Shown in pieces: positions 53,152 to 63,849 of a DNA stretch of 64,000 nucleotides. This DNA comes from an uncultured delta proteobacterium (GTDB lineage Bacteria; Myxococcota_A; Polyangia; Haliangiales; Haliangiaceae). Location: assembly GCA_963743525.1 (NCBI GenBank), contig CAVUQH010000002.1, forward strand, positions 160,001 through 224,000. The letters are read 5' to 3'. Under the pieces are notes generated by a model. It worked only from the letters and a program-made list of their open reading frames with translations, ran no database searches and was not told where the DNA came from. A program made the position numbers and the translations under genes. Numbering within the stretch: the first letter of the stretch is position 1; every line of letters begins with the position of its first letter.

Positions 53152-54219
53152 TCAGAAGTCGAGCAGGTCGCTGGGACCGCCGCGCTTCTTCTTGCGCGCC
53201 TTGCGCATCTTGATCTCGTAGTCGGTGTCCTTGGAGATGCGCAGGGTCTTGTAGTAGGTGGCGTAGCCGCTGGCCTTGGCCAGCAGCTTGACCTTGGCGC
53301 GGCCGTGCTCGACCGGCAGGTCGACCGCCTCGCCGACGGTGTACGGGTTGCCGTCGATGCTGACGTGAGCATCGGGCGGATCGACGGTGAGCGTCAGCTT
53401 GACCGTCTGCGCGGCCGGCTCCGGCTTGTCGTCGTCCGGCTTCTTGTCGTCGGGCTTGGCGGTGTCGTCGGGCTTGGCCGTGTCGTCCGGCTTCGCGGTG
53501 TCGTCCGGCTTCGCGGTGTCATCGGGCTTGGCCGTGTCGTCCGGCTTCGCGGTGTCATCGGGCTTGGCCGTGTCGTCCGGCTTCTTGTCGTTGGCCGCAA
53601 CCTTGGTCGGGTCGGGCTTGGCGCTGTCGTCCGGCTTCTTGGTGTCCGACGTCGCCGGCCCCGCGGAGGTCTTGCTCTCCTCGGCATGGCCGGTGCCGCG
53701 GACGATCATCAGCCCGCCGAAGACCCCCACCGCCAGCCCGGCGGCGACCATGATCGGCAACAGCTTGCCGCGGCCGCCGCCAGCTCTCGGCTGCGCTGCG
53801 CCGCGCATCGGCGCCGGCGTGACCACGCCCTGTTGCTGCTGCCGCGGATAGGCGGGCTGCTGCTGTGGGTAGCCCTGCTGCGGCGGGTAGCCCTGCTGCG
53901 GCTGCTGCGGATAGCCGCCCTGCTGCGGCTGCTGCGGATAGCCGCCCTGCTGCGGCTGCTGCGGGTAGCCGCCCTGTTGCGGTTGCTGCGGGTAGCCGCC
54001 CTGTTGCGGTTGCTGCGGGTAGCCGCCCTGCGGCTGCTGCGGATAGCCGCCCTGCTGCGGTTGCTGCGGGTAGCCGCCCTGCTGCGGCTGCTGCGGGTAG
54101 CCGCCCTGCTGCGGCTGCTGCGGGTAGCCGCCCTGCGGCGGTTGCTGCGGATAGCCGCCCTGCGGCGGGTAGCCACCTCCACCCCAGCCACCCGGGTTCT
54201 GTCCGTTCTGATTCGACAT
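53152..54219 (-). CDS. Membrane protein: GGYPQQPQQ repeats, TM, KPDDTA repeats, PEGA-like domain
   Basis: Repeats and TM ([18 protein letters not shown]) seen directly; [14 protein letters not shown]. Confidence 0.8.
   Translation of the reverse strand: MSNQNGQNPGGWGGGGYPPQGGYPQQPPQGGYPQQPQQGGYPQQPQQGGYPQQPQQGGYPQQPQGGYPQQPQQGGYPQQPQQGGYPQQPQQGGYPQQPQQGGYPQQPQQGYPPQQGYPQQQPAYPRQQQQGVVTPAPMRGAAQPRAGGGRGKLLPIMVAAGLAVGVFGGLMIVRGTGHAEESKTSAGPATSDTKKPDDSAKPDPTKVAANDKKPDDTAKPDDTAKPDDTAKPDDTAKPDDTAKPDDTAKPDDTAKPDDKKPDDDKPEPAAQTVKLTLTVDPPDAHVSIDGNPYTVGEAVDLPVEHGRAKVKLLAKASGYATYYKTLRISKDTDYEIKMRKARKKKRGGPSDLLDF
53420..53590 (-). repeat. 18-bp intragenic repeats (KPDDTA)
   Basis: tgtcgtccggcttcgcgg variants. 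Confidence 0.85.
53860..54175 (-). repeat. 24-27-bp intragenic repeats (GGYPQQPQQ)
   Basis: gctgcgggtagccgccctgctgcg variants. Confidence 0.9.
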
Positions 54220-54289
54220 CGCCCTACTCGCCGATCCGACGCCGGTCAGATCTCTGGTCCGATCTGGCCCGGCATCCCAGCGAAGCGTA

Positions 54290-55351
54290 TCAGAAGGACC
54301 CAGTCACGGCCACACCGGCTGTTCCCGGACCCAGCTCGGGAACGATCTGCAGGCGTCGCGCTTCGCGGATGCGACGCTCCCTGGCCCGCTGCTCCGGCTT
54401 GTACACGCCGTAATATTCGTAGGCGGTGAAGGCGCCGGCGGCGATCGCGCCGATCCACATGACGTCGGTCACAAGTGCGAACTTCTTGCCCGACGAGGCT
54501 GCTGCGTCGCGCTTGGACTGCGACAGGCTGTCGTCGCTGAAGGTGCCGTGCCTGGCCACGGCGATCAGCCCGGTCACGGTGGCCGTCACGGCGAACGCCG
54601 CCGTGGCCCCGGCGCCGATGAACAGCATTTTCTTGTTGACCGGCGGTGGCGGGGCCGGCTTCAGGATCTTCGGCTCCTCCTTGGTCACCACCACCGGGAT
54701 CTTCTCCAGCTTGAAGGTCCGCTCGGACTCGGTGCCTTCCTCGAGGGTGACGCTCTCCTCGTCGGGCGTGAAGCCTTCGGCGGTGACGGCCAGGGTGTGA
54801 TCACCCGGCGCCAGGTAGACCGGGTCGGTGTACGGCGCGGTGCCGACGTCCTCGCCGTCGACCGAGATGCGCGCCCCTTCCGGCTCGACCGTGAACTTGA
54901 GGGTGGCGACGTGCTGCTTGCACTCTTCGATGTTGACCTCGATCTGCTGGCGCAGAGCGTCGTTGATGTTCTGCGCCTCGCGCAGGAGCTGCTGGTAGTG
55001 GCGCAGCGAGTCGAGGTAACGACCCAGCCGCTGCTCGGCCAGACCGATCAACCAGTAGAGCTCCGGCTTGGGATAGACGTCGAAGGCGCGCTGGTAGGCC
55101 TCGAGCGCCCGGGTGTACTTGTCGGTCGCCTTGTCTTCCTGCTTGCGCTTGCGATAGCGGTCGCCCTGCTTGATCAGGGTGTCGCCGGCCTTGAGGAACT
55201 TGGCCGCGTCTTTCTTGCCGGCCTCGTCGTTCTGGCCGTCCTGGCCATCATCTGGCTGCGCCCGGGCCGTGGGCGCCATCGAGATGCCGACGGCGGCCGT
55301 CACCGACAGCGAGCAGATCAAGACGAGCGCCATCCTCCCGACCATCGACAT
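54290..55351 (-). CDS. Exported TPR + PEGA domain protein
   Basis: Signal peptide; ALEAYQRAF...[29 protein letters not shown]...[16 protein letters not shown]-terminal hydrophobic segments. Confidence 0.85.
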   Translation of the reverse strand: MSMVGRMALVLICSLSVTAAVGISMAPTARAQPDDGQDGQNDEAGKKDAAKFLKAGDTLIKQGDRYRKRKQEDKATDKYTRALEAYQRAFDVYPKPELYWLIGLAEQRLGRYLDSLRHYQQLLREAQNINDALRQQIEVNIEECKQHVATLKFTVEPEGARISVDGEDVGTAPYTDPVYLAPGDHTLAVTAEGFTPDEESVTLEEGTESERTFKLEKIPVVVTKEEPKILKPAPPPPVNKKMLFIGAGATAAFAVTATVTGLIAVARHGTFSDDSLSQSKRDAAASSGKKFALVTDVMWIGAIAAGAFTAYEYYGVYKPEQRARERRIREARRLQIVPELGPGTAGVAVTGSF

Positions 55352-55363
55352 GGGCCGAGCTTA

Positions 55364-56161
55364 CTACGAGCCGCCGGGATTCTCACGGCTGAGCTTGCCC
55401 AGGAACTCGAGCGAGCGCAGCGGCCCGCCCAGGTGGGTCTGGATGCAGGCGACCAGCGCGTCCCGCGCCTCGCGCGCGGCCGGAGGTGGCTCGGCGCCGC
55501 GGTCGTGGGCGTCGGCCAGGGTCGGCGCCGCCCGTGCCGCGCCCAGCAGCGACCGCGCCGCGCCCGACAGCGGTCGCACGCCGATGGTGCGCGAGTGGGC
55601 TGCGCAGCGCGCGCAGGCCACGCCACCACGCACCGGGTCGAGCACCGCACCGCGCTCGAGCTCGGCGTCGTCGGCGACGCCGCAGCCGATGCACGCATCG
55701 AGCACCGGGGCCAACCCCAGCTCGGACAACAGGCGCAGCTCGAACGCGCGCAGCATCGACACCGACGGCCCCAGCTCGGACATGGTGTCGTACAGCTCGA
55801 CCAGCAGGTCGAACACCTCCGGCTCCGGCTGTTCCGGAACGCCGAGCTCGCGCACCAGCTCGGTGGCGTAGCTGGCGTGGGCCAGCGCGATGACATCCGC
55901 CGCCAGCTCGAGGTAGGCGCGCTGCGTGGTCGCCGCGGTCAGCGTGTACATCTCGGCGCCGGCGCGGCGGCGCAGCTCCACCCGCGAGACCGTGAACAGC
56001 CCCAGGGCGCTGCCAAAGCGCTTCTGGCTGCGTCGCGCGCCGCGGGCCAGCGCCGAGACGCGGCCCAGATCGCGGGTCGCCAGGGTCAGGATGCGATCGG
56101 CGTCGCGGAAGTCGACCGAGCGCAGGACCACCGCGTCGGTGGTCGGTTCCTCGCGGGTCAA
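55364..56161 (-). CDS. recO: DNA repair protein RecO
   Basis: AVVLRSVDFRDADRILTL, ARGARRSQKRF, FELRLLSELGLAP, CIGC...CARC zinc finger. Confidence 0.94.
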   Translation of the reverse strand: MTREEPTTDAVVLRSVDFRDADRILTLATRDLGRVSALARGARRSQKRFGSALGLFTVSRVELRRRAGAEMYTLTAATTQRAYLELAADVIALAHASYATELVRELGVPEQPEPEVFDLLVELYDTMSELGPSVSMLRAFELRLLSELGLAPVLDACIGCGVADDAELERGAVLDPVRGGVACARCAAHSRTIGVRPLSGAARSLLGAARAAPTLADAHDRGAEPPPAAREARDALVACIQTHLGGPLRSLEFLGKLSRENPGGS

Positions 56162-57327
56162 GCCTGCAGGCTGGGCGGCTCGGGCGCGCCCAGCTCGGTG
56201 ACCCCGCTGCCCGAGGACGACGGGTGCCGCAGCAGGTACGACATCGTCAGAGTGGCCACGATGACGAGGATGATGACCGCCAGCGTGAGCGCCCCGCGGC
56301 GCGAGCCATCTTCGGTGTCGAGCAGCGCCGGCGGCAGAAATGATCGCCGCGACGCATCGCGCTCCTGCTGCTCGGCATCGGCGCGCACGGCCTGGATCTC
56401 GGCAGCGTTGTCTGGATTTTCGTCGTCGATGACCAGCTGTACCGGCCGCGGCGGCTTGACCACCCGCGCCCTGGCAACCGGCGTGGCCTCGACCGCGGGC
56501 TCGGTCTTCACCGCGGGCTCGGTCTTCACCGCGGGCTCGGTCTTCACCGCGGGCTCGGTCTTCACCGCGGGCTCGGTCTTCACCGCGGGCTCGGTCTTCA
56601 CCGCGGGCTCGGTCTTCACCGCGGGCTCGGTCTTCACCGCGGGCTCGGTCTTCACCGCGACAGCGGACTCGTCCTTCGCCGGCTTCGCCTCGACCTTGCG
56701 CCCGCCCTTCTTGCGCCGCTTGCCCCGCCGCTTCCCCTTGCGCGTCGACTTCGCCTTGCTCTCGGCGACCGGCCCGGCCGCGGTCGCGGCCTCGGTCTCC
56801 GCCGCGACCTCGGTCTCCGCCGCGACCTCGGTCTCCGCCGCGGCTTCGGTCTCCGCCGCGGCCTCGGTCTCCGCCGCGGCCTCGGTCTCCGCCGCGGCCT
56901 CGGTCTCCGCCGCGCTCTCCTGCGCCCCCCTGGCCGTCAACTCCGGCGCCGGCGTGTGCTCCGCGCGCAGCACGACCGGCTCGCGACGCGCGTTGCGCTG
57001 CGCGCCGCGCGACCGCGTCCCTTCGGGATCAACCACCGGTGCCGGCGCCAGGCCACACGCCGCGTAGCGACGCACCGTCTCCTCGGCGTCGAGCCCGACG
57101 CACTGGGCGTACGAACGCAAGAAGCCGCGGACGAAGACATCGGCCGGCAGCGCCTCGAACGCCCCCTCCTCGAGTCGCTCGAGCGAGCGGTGAGGGATGC
57201 GAGTGACGCGCGCGATCTCCTCCAGCGACATCGCGCTGGCCGCCCTTCCCTCGCGCAAGTAGTCGCAGAACGATCGCCGGTCGGCGGGTCCGTTGCGTCT
57301 CGCGGGTCCGTTGGCGTCGTGCGTCAT
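56158..57327 (-). CDS. RodZ-like HTH membrane protein with repeat linkers
   Basis: SLEEIARVTRIP..LERLEEG...LPADVFVRGFLRSYAQCVGLD; C-terminal TM. Confidence 0.85.
   Translation of the reverse strand: MTHDANGPARRNGPADRRSFCDYLREGRAASAMSLEEIARVTRIPHRSLERLEEGAFEALPADVFVRGFLRSYAQCVGLDAEETVRRYAACGLAPAPVVDPEGTRSRGAQRNARREPVVLRAEHTPAPELTARGAQESAAETEAAAETEAAAETEAAAETEAAAETEVAAETEVAAETEAATAAGPVAESKAKSTRKGKRRGKRRKKGGRKVEAKPAKDESAVAVKTEPAVKTEPAVKTEPAVKTEPAVKTEPAVKTEPAVKTEPAVKTEPAVKTEPAVEATPVARARVVKPPRPVQLVIDDENPDNAAEIQAVRADAEQQERDASRRSFLPPALLDTEDGSRRGALTLAVIILVIVATLTMSYLLRHPSSSGSGVTELGAPEPPSLQA
56490..56658 (-). repeat. 18-bp perfect tandem repeat x9 (AVKTEP)
   Basis: ccgcgggctcggtcttca repeated. Confidence 0.95.
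56785..56915 (-). repeat. 18-bp tandem repeat x7 (AAAETE)
   Basis: ctcggtctccgccgcggc variants. Confidence 0.9.
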
Positions 57328-57367
57328 CGTGTGGATGGACCGGGGGCGTATCCCGGCAGTAGTTCCC

Positions 57368-58216
<849 letters not shown>

Positions 58217-58241
58217 GGTGCCGGTGTTATAAAGCCTGCCT

Positions 58242-59156
58242 ATGTCGACGACGATTTCCTCCGCACCCGCGGACTCCGCGCCGGCCGCCACGGCTCCGGG
58301 ACCGATGGAGCCGTCGGAGATGATCGACTTCGCCTCGCGCGACGGAGTCGGCCTGTATGGCGAGCATTTCGCCGTGGAATCGCCGCGGGCGCTGGCGCTG
58401 GTGATCCACGGCTACGCCGAGCATTGCGGCCGCTACCGCGAGCTGGCCCACGTGCTGGTGCGGGCCGGCTTCTCCACTCTGACCTACGACATGCGCGGCC
58501 ACGGCCGGGCCGAGGGCCAGCGCGGCCACGTCACCGACTACCGCGAATACCTCGACGACCTCGACGCCGCCCTCGCCCAGCTGAGCCAACGCGGCCCCGC
58601 GCGCACGCCGGTGGTCCTGGTCAGCCACTCCAACGGCGGGTTGATCGCGCTGCGCGCCCTCGCCGATCCGTCGCGCGCGCCGCGCCGGGTCGAGGCCGCA
58701 GTGCTGTCGTCGCCGTTCTTCGGCCTGAAGGCGCGGGTGCCGGCGGCCAAGAAGTTCATCGGACGGGCCGCCGGCCGGGTCGCTCCGACGCTGTCGCTGC
58801 CGTCGGAGCTGCGCATCGAGGACCTGACCCATGATCCCGACAAGCTGGCCGCGCGCCGGGTGGACACCCTCTGTCACGAAGTTGCCAGCGCCGGCTGGTT
58901 CACGGCCGCCGAGCAGGCTCAGGCCTACGCCCTGGCGATGGCACCGCGGGTCAAGGTGCCGACCCTGTGGCTGGTGGCCGAGGGCGATCTGGTCGCCGAC
59001 CCGGCAAGCTCGCGCAAGGTGCACCATCGACTGCGCGCGCCGTCGCGCTGGATAGGCCTGCCCGGCATGTACCACGAGGTCTTCAACGAGACCGAGCGAG
59101 CGCGTGTCTTCGGTCACCTCGAGGCGTTTCTCGCTGAGAGATTTCCGGTTAAATAA
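58242..59156 (+). CDS. Lysophospholipase / monoglyceride lipase-like alpha/beta hydrolase
   Basis: IHGYAEHCGRY, DMRGHGRAEG, SHSNGG, YHEVFNE. Confidence 0.9.
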   Translation: MSTTISSAPADSAPAATAPGPMEPSEMIDFASRDGVGLYGEHFAVESPRALALVIHGYAEHCGRYRELAHVLVRAGFSTLTYDMRGHGRAEGQRGHVTDYREYLDDLDAALAQLSQRGPARTPVVLVSHSNGGLIALRALADPSRAPRRVEAAVLSSPFFGLKARVPAAKKFIGRAAGRVAPTLSLPSELRIEDLTHDPDKLAARRVDTLCHEVASAGWFTAAEQAQAYALAMAPRVKVPTLWLVAEGDLVADPASSRKVHHRLRAPSRWIGLPGMYHEVFNETERARVFGHLEAFLAERFPVK

Positions 59157-59179
59157 CAGGGCCTTGAGAACCACCGACA

Positions 59180-59208
59180 TTGCGCGTGTCGGGGTCGGCT
59201 CCTATACT
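59180..59208 (+). promoter_or_regulatory. Sigma70-type promoter
   Basis: TTGCGC-N17-TATACT. Confidence 0.55.
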
Positions 59209-59330
59209 TGTCGAAGCACGGCAGCACTGGGATTTTCCCGCGCCGCCCGCTCTGCTCCTTGACCGCCTGAAGGTTTCATCGGCCCGAATCCGGGCGAGGT
59301 CGGTCGGGTCGAGCTTCGCAGGTTTCCCCC

Positions 59331-60113
59331 ATGACCCAACTATTTGGCCTGATCTGCAATCAACCGCAGCGCGTCGCCCAGGCGCTCGAACCGGTCCGCA
59401 ATGTGCTCGTGAGCCCCGCTCCGATTGCGCGCTGGGGGTTGGGCTACGTGCAGTCGGGTGAGGTTCTGCTCAGCCGCACGCCCAAGTCGACGGAGATTCC
59501 CGTCAACTTCTACGGCGTGCTCGAGCAGCTGCCCTCGGACTACGTCATCGGCCACGCCTGTCTGGCCGATGGCCTGGCGGGGAACGCCAACACCCAGCCG
59601 TTCCGCTTCCGCCGGTGGATGTTCGCCATGGACGCCGCCAGCGACCGCTTCCTCGAGGCCACGCCGTACATGCTCGAGCACGTGCCGGAGTTCCTCCGCC
59701 GCAACATCAAGGGCAAGACGGCGGCCGAGCACGTCTTCCACGTCTTCCTGTCGTTCCTCCACGACGCCGGCAGCCTGGACAACCACAACCTGGATCCGGC
59801 CGAGGCCCGCCGGGCGCTGCGCGACGCCGTGGCCCTGGCCGCCGACGCCTGCACCCGCGCCGGCGTCGACGCCAAGCTGGGCAACATCGTCACGTCCAAC
59901 AGCCGCTCGATGCTGGCTGCCCGCCTCGACGGGGCCGTGTGGATGCGCCGGCTCAAGGTGCCGGTGGCCAAGCGCGAGACCGAGACCTTCAAGGGGGTCC
60001 TGGCGGTCTCCCACACCGACGACCCGGGCGAGGGGTTCGAGGAGATCCCGCCCCGCTCCATCCTGGCCATCGCCCGGGATATCCGCACCGATATCGCCTC
60101 GATGGACGACTAG
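59331..60113 (+). CDS. Class II glutamine amidotransferase-like protein with degenerate catalytic residues
   Basis: MTQLFG (family MCRLFG), WGLGY, NTQPFRFRRWMF, IKGKTAAEHVF. Confidence 0.75.
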   Translation: MTQLFGLICNQPQRVAQALEPVRNVLVSPAPIARWGLGYVQSGEVLLSRTPKSTEIPVNFYGVLEQLPSDYVIGHACLADGLAGNANTQPFRFRRWMFAMDAASDRFLEATPYMLEHVPEFLRRNIKGKTAAEHVFHVFLSFLHDAGSLDNHNLDPAEARRALRDAVALAADACTRAGVDAKLGNIVTSNSRSMLAARLDGAVWMRRLKVPVAKRETETFKGVLAVSHTDDPGEGFEEIPPRSILAIARDIRTDIASMDD

Positions 60114-60159
60114 GCGGCTCGTCTAGACCGGCGCGCCGGCTGGCGCGTTCGATCTCGGC

Positions 60160-61548
60160 ATGAGCCCAGCCCGCAAGACCGCAGCCGTCGTCACCCTGGC
60201 CGGCGCCGTTGCCATCGGCGCGTTTCTCCTCCACCGGGGGCAGACCGCCGCCCGGGCGGCCGAGACCTCGGCCACCGTCGCCTCGAGCGGCGGCGTGACG
60301 ATGCGGGCCATGCTGCAGTCGGGCATGGTTCTGCGCGGCACCCACGACACCTACCTGGCGCTGACCCTCGACGCGCCGGGCGGGGCCAACGCCAGCCGGC
60401 CGCCCCTCGATCTGGCCATCGTCCTCGACCGCTCCGGGTCGATGTCAGGGGAGAAGCTGACCCAGGCCAAGCAGGCCGCCTACCAGCTCCTGGCCGAGCT
60501 CGACGCCCGCGACCACGTCGCCATCGTCGCCTACGGATCCGATGTCGATGTCGTGTTCGCGTCGCAGAGCGCAACCGACGAAGCCAAACGCGCGGCGCAA
60601 GACGCGGTCGCACGCATCTACGACGACGGCGGCACCAACCTGTCGGGCGGCCTCATCGCCGGCACCACGCAGATCTTCAGCGCGCGCAACCCCGAGGCGG
60701 TCGGCCGCATCGTGCTGATCAGCGACGGCATCGCCAACGAGGGGCTGTTCGCCCGGGACGATCTGCAGAAGCTGGCCGCCGACACCGCAAGCCGCGGCGT
60801 GTCGATCACGACCGTCGGCATCGGCCTCGACTTCGACGAGCGGACGATGACCTCGATCGCCAACAGCGGTCGCGGCAACTACTACTTCGTCGAGTCGGCG
60901 GCAGCGCTGCCGCAGATGTTCGAGACCGAGATGGCGCGCCTGGGCGCGACCGTCGCCACCGACGTATCGGTCACCTTCGCCGCCAGCCCGGGGGTCCAGG
61001 TGCTGGAGGCGCTCGGCTACCCGCTGTACCAACACGACGGCGTCTACCAGGTGCCGGTCGCCGACCTCTACGCCGGCGAGCACCGCAAGCTGGTGCTGCG
61101 CCTGCGGGTATCGGCCGAGCAGCCCGGGACCATGCAGCTGGGCAGGTTCGACGCCCGCTTCCGCCCGGTCGGCGCCGACGACGCGGCCGCGACCAGCGTC
61201 ACCGTCAGCGCCCGCGTCACCGACGACCCCGAGGAGTGGCGAGCCAACATCGACCGCGACGCCACCCGGCACATCGAGCGGGCCCTGACCGCCAAGGCGA
61301 TCGACGAGGCGACCGCCCTGTACGAGCAGGGCCAGGCCGCCGAGGCGACCCAGACCCTGAAGGACCGCGCCGCCGACGCCGCGCAGATGGCCCAGAGCAT
61401 CGGCTACGACGGACTCGAGGCCGAGATTCAGGCCGCCACCGACAAGGCCGACAACAACTTCAGGGCGGCCCCGCAGCCCAGCTCGACCGGTGGAAAACGG
61501 GGTCGAAAGGTCAATATCTCGGAGGCCCGAGACCTGTTCAAAGAGTGA
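60160..61548 (+). CDS. VWA domain protein (YfbK-like)
   Basis: RPPLDLAIVLDRSGSMSGEKL MIDAS, GGTNLSGG, LISDGIAN, GRGNYYFV. Confidence 0.92.
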   Translation: MSPARKTAAVVTLAGAVAIGAFLLHRGQTAARAAETSATVASSGGVTMRAMLQSGMVLRGTHDTYLALTLDAPGGANASRPPLDLAIVLDRSGSMSGEKLTQAKQAAYQLLAELDARDHVAIVAYGSDVDVVFASQSATDEAKRAAQDAVARIYDDGGTNLSGGLIAGTTQIFSARNPEAVGRIVLISDGIANEGLFARDDLQKLAADTASRGVSITTVGIGLDFDERTMTSIANSGRGNYYFVESAAALPQMFETEMARLGATVATDVSVTFAASPGVQVLEALGYPLYQHDGVYQVPVADLYAGEHRKLVLRLRVSAEQPGTMQLGRFDARFRPVGADDAAATSVTVSARVTDDPEEWRANIDRDATRHIERALTAKAIDEATALYEQGQAAEATQTLKDRAADAAQMAQSIGYDGLEAEIQAATDKADNNFRAAPQPSSTGGKRGRKVNISEARDLFKE

Positions 61549-61575
61549 CGAAACCCGCCTCAGCGGCTGTAATTT

Positions 61576-61599
61576 TCCGGCGGGCCGCGGCCCGCCGGA
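61576..61599. terminator. Perfect 24-bp palindrome after the VWA gene (terminator-like)
   Basis: TCCGGCGGGCCGCGGCCCGCCGGA flanked by AATTTT tracts. Confidence 0.5.
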
Positions 61600-61669
61600 G
61601 CAATTTTCGGGGCTTGGAGGCGCCGTGAGAGCACCTCAGGCAAAATGACTCGGTGCAGCAAAAAACCCA

Positions 61670-61699
61670 TTGACACGTCGCGTCACGCGGCGCTAAAAC
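61670..61699 (+). promoter_or_regulatory. Promoter of the TetR gene with overlapping imperfect palindrome (candidate operator)
   Basis: TTGACA-N18-TAAAAC; TGACACG-T-CGCGTCA. Confidence 0.5.
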
Positions 61700-61706
61700 C
61701 TTGTCC

Positions 61707-62366
61707 ATGACGACGGCTCAACAGCGCAAGCAGCAAGAACGGCAGGCGCGGCGGCGCCGGATTCAACGGGCCGCACGCGAGGTCTTCGCCGAAAAGGGCT
61801 ACGCGAAGACTTCCATCGAACAAGTAGCCCGCCAGGCGTCCCTATCGGTCGGCGCCATCTACCTCTACTTCCGCTCCAAGGAGGACCTGTACGTCAGCCT
61901 CCTGGAGGAGACCTTCGAGGTCTTCGATGCGGAGTTGAGGCAGCTTCGCGCGCGCACGGATCTGCGCGCTGCCGACCGACTGCAGTCCGCCTGGATGTTC
62001 TTCAGCCAGTGGGCGGTGGCCGATGTGGAAGGCACCCGCATGCTGCGTCTGGTAAGTCAGCCCGGCATCAAGAAGCAGCTCTCGGACGAGGTCGCAATCG
62101 CGACCAAGCAGGGCCTGGAGATGATCCGCGATCATTTCTCCACCCTGGTCCAGGGTGCGGTCAACGCGGGTATCTACCGCCCGACCGACGCCCGCGACAC
62201 CGCGGACCTGCTCTGGTCGCTCTTCCTCGGCCTTCTCCAGGCCAACGACGCCCGGCTCAACCTGGGTGTCGACGGGGTCTCGTTCACCGAGGCCGCCCGC
62301 ACCGCCCTGGCGGTGATCGAGGGCAGCCTGCGGCAGCGCAACACCCACGTCGCCGAAGCGGCCTAA
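61707..62366 (+). CDS. TetR/AcrR family transcriptional regulator
   Basis: IQRAAREVFAEKGYAKTSIEQVARQASLSVGAIYLYFRSKEDLY. Confidence 0.95.
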   Translation: MTTAQQRKQQERQARRRRIQRAAREVFAEKGYAKTSIEQVARQASLSVGAIYLYFRSKEDLYVSLLEETFEVFDAELRQLRARTDLRAADRLQSAWMFFSQWAVADVEGTRMLRLVSQPGIKKQLSDEVAIATKQGLEMIRDHFSTLVQGAVNAGIYRPTDARDTADLLWSLFLGLLQANDARLNLGVDGVSFTEAARTALAVIEGSLRQRNTHVAEAA

Positions 62367-62377
62367 ACCCCCAACAC

Positions 62378-62452
62378 CCGCTTTCCCTTCCGTCCCCCCT
62401 CCGACCCCCGTGGGAAAGCGGAGCGGCCGTCCTCCCCCCCGAGGACGGCCGC
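62378..62452. repeat. Two adjacent hairpins with C-rich loops
   Basis: ccgctttccc/gggaaagcgg and gcggccgtcctc/gaggacggccgc. Confidence 0.85.
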
Positions 62453-62474
62453 GTCCCTTTCGGGGTTCGAACCT

Positions 62475-62852
62475 GGGCCCGGACCCGGTCGCGGTCGCGG
62501 TCGCGGATCCGAACCCGGTCGCGGATCCGGACCCGGTCGCGGTCGCGGATCCGGACCCGGTCGCGGATCCGGTCGCGGATCCGGATCCGGACCCGGTCGC
62601 GGACCCGGCCCCGGTCGCGGACCCGGATCCGGCCCCGGTCGCGGACCCGGCCGCGGTCGCGGTCGCAGATCCGGACCCGGTCGCGGTCGCGGTCGCGGAT
62701 CCGGACCCGGTCGCGGATCCGGTCGCGGTCGCGGATCCGGACCCGGTCGCGGACCCGGTCGCGGACCCGGTTGCGGTCGCGGTCGCGGATCCGGACCCGG
62801 TCGCGGACCCGGTCGCGGACCCGGATCCGGACCCGGACCCGGCCCCGGCCCC
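62475..62852. repeat. Intergenic phased hexamer array (63 units, mainly GGTCGC/GGATCC/GGACCC/GGCCCC)
   Basis: 378 bp in unbroken 6-nt phase between the convergent TetR and diguanylate cyclase genes. Confidence 0.95.
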
Positions 62853-62866
62853 GCGTCCGCGCCGGC

Positions 62867-63823
62867 CTACGCCGGCGGGGCGTCGCCGTTGCCGTGCGGC
62901 TCGCTGGCCATGACGCAGCGGTTGCGGCCGCCATCCTTCGCCTCGTACAGGGCGACGTCGGCCAGTTGCACCAGCTCCTCGCACTGGCGGATGTCGAGCT
63001 GGTCGCTCACGGCCAGGCCGATCGACACGGTGATCGTCGGCAGGGCGTCGGCCGCGCGCGAGGTGTGCTCGACCCGCGCGCGCACCCGCTCGGCCAGGAC
63101 CAGCGCGTTGACCCGCGGCGTCTCCGGCGCCAGCACCAGGAACTCCTCACCGCCGTAGCGGCTGACGAAGTCGGTCTGGCGCACGGTCTCGCGCAGGATA
63201 CCGCCGACCATCTCCAGCGCCCGGTCGCCCACCGCGTGGCCGTGGTTGTCGTTGACCTGCTTGAAATGGTCGATGTCGAGGAGCAGCACCGAGAACGGAT
63301 TGCCGTAGCGCTGCGACCGGTGGAACTCGCGCTCGAGGTGCTCGTAGATCGCCCGCCGGTTGAGCAGCCCGGTCAGTGAATCGGTGGTCGCCAACTCCGC
63401 CAGCTTGCGGTTGGCGCGGGCGATCTCGTCGGTCAGCTGCTTGATGCGCAGCATCGCGTTGAGGCGAATCTCCAGCTCGAGCGGCGCCAGCGGTTTGCTG
63501 AGGAAGTCGTCGGCGCCGGCGGCCATGCCCCGCCGCTTCGACTCCAGATCGCCGAGGCCGGTGATGAGGATGATCGGCACGAACTGCTTCGCCTCGGCCT
63601 TGAGCATCCGCGCCAGCTTGTAGCCGTCGATGGTCGGCATCATCACGTCGAGCAACGCGATGTCCGGCTGCCCGCGGCGAAACAGCATCAGCGCGTCGGC
63701 CCAGGTGCGTGCGGTCAGCGCCTCGTAGCCGCAGTCGGTGACCATCTGGGCGAGCGTGTCGACCATCGTCCGATCGTCATCGACGATGAGGACCCGCGAC
63801 CGCGACCCGCTGTTTCCCGCCAC
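62867..63823 (-). CDS. Response-regulator diguanylate cyclase (REC-GGDEF)
   Basis: VLIVDDD, LLDVMMP, DDFLSKP; DSLTGLLNRR, DIDHFKQVND, RQTD I-site, RYGGEEF. Confidence 0.95.
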   Translation of the reverse strand: MAGNSGSRSRVLIVDDDRTMVDTLAQMVTDCGYEALTARTWADALMLFRRGQPDIALLDVMMPTIDGYKLARMLKAEAKQFVPIILITGLGDLESKRRGMAAGADDFLSKPLAPLELEIRLNAMLRIKQLTDEIARANRKLAELATTDSLTGLLNRRAIYEHLEREFHRSQRYGNPFSVLLLDIDHFKQVNDNHGHAVGDRALEMVGGILRETVRQTDFVSRYGGEEFLVLAPETPRVNALVLAERVRARVEHTSRAADALPTITVSIGLAVSDQLDIRQCEELVQLADVALYEAKDGGRNRCVMASEPHGNGDAPPA

Positions 63824-63849
63824 CGGGCTCGATCATACCGCAATCGCGG

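Noticed and set aside
61842..62984. ORFs with GSAT/DPDPVA/RIRTRS repeats (and similar ORFs at 14016-15557)
   Set aside because: Stop-free hexamer arrays give open frames in all phases; they overlap real genes and lack RBS or domain content
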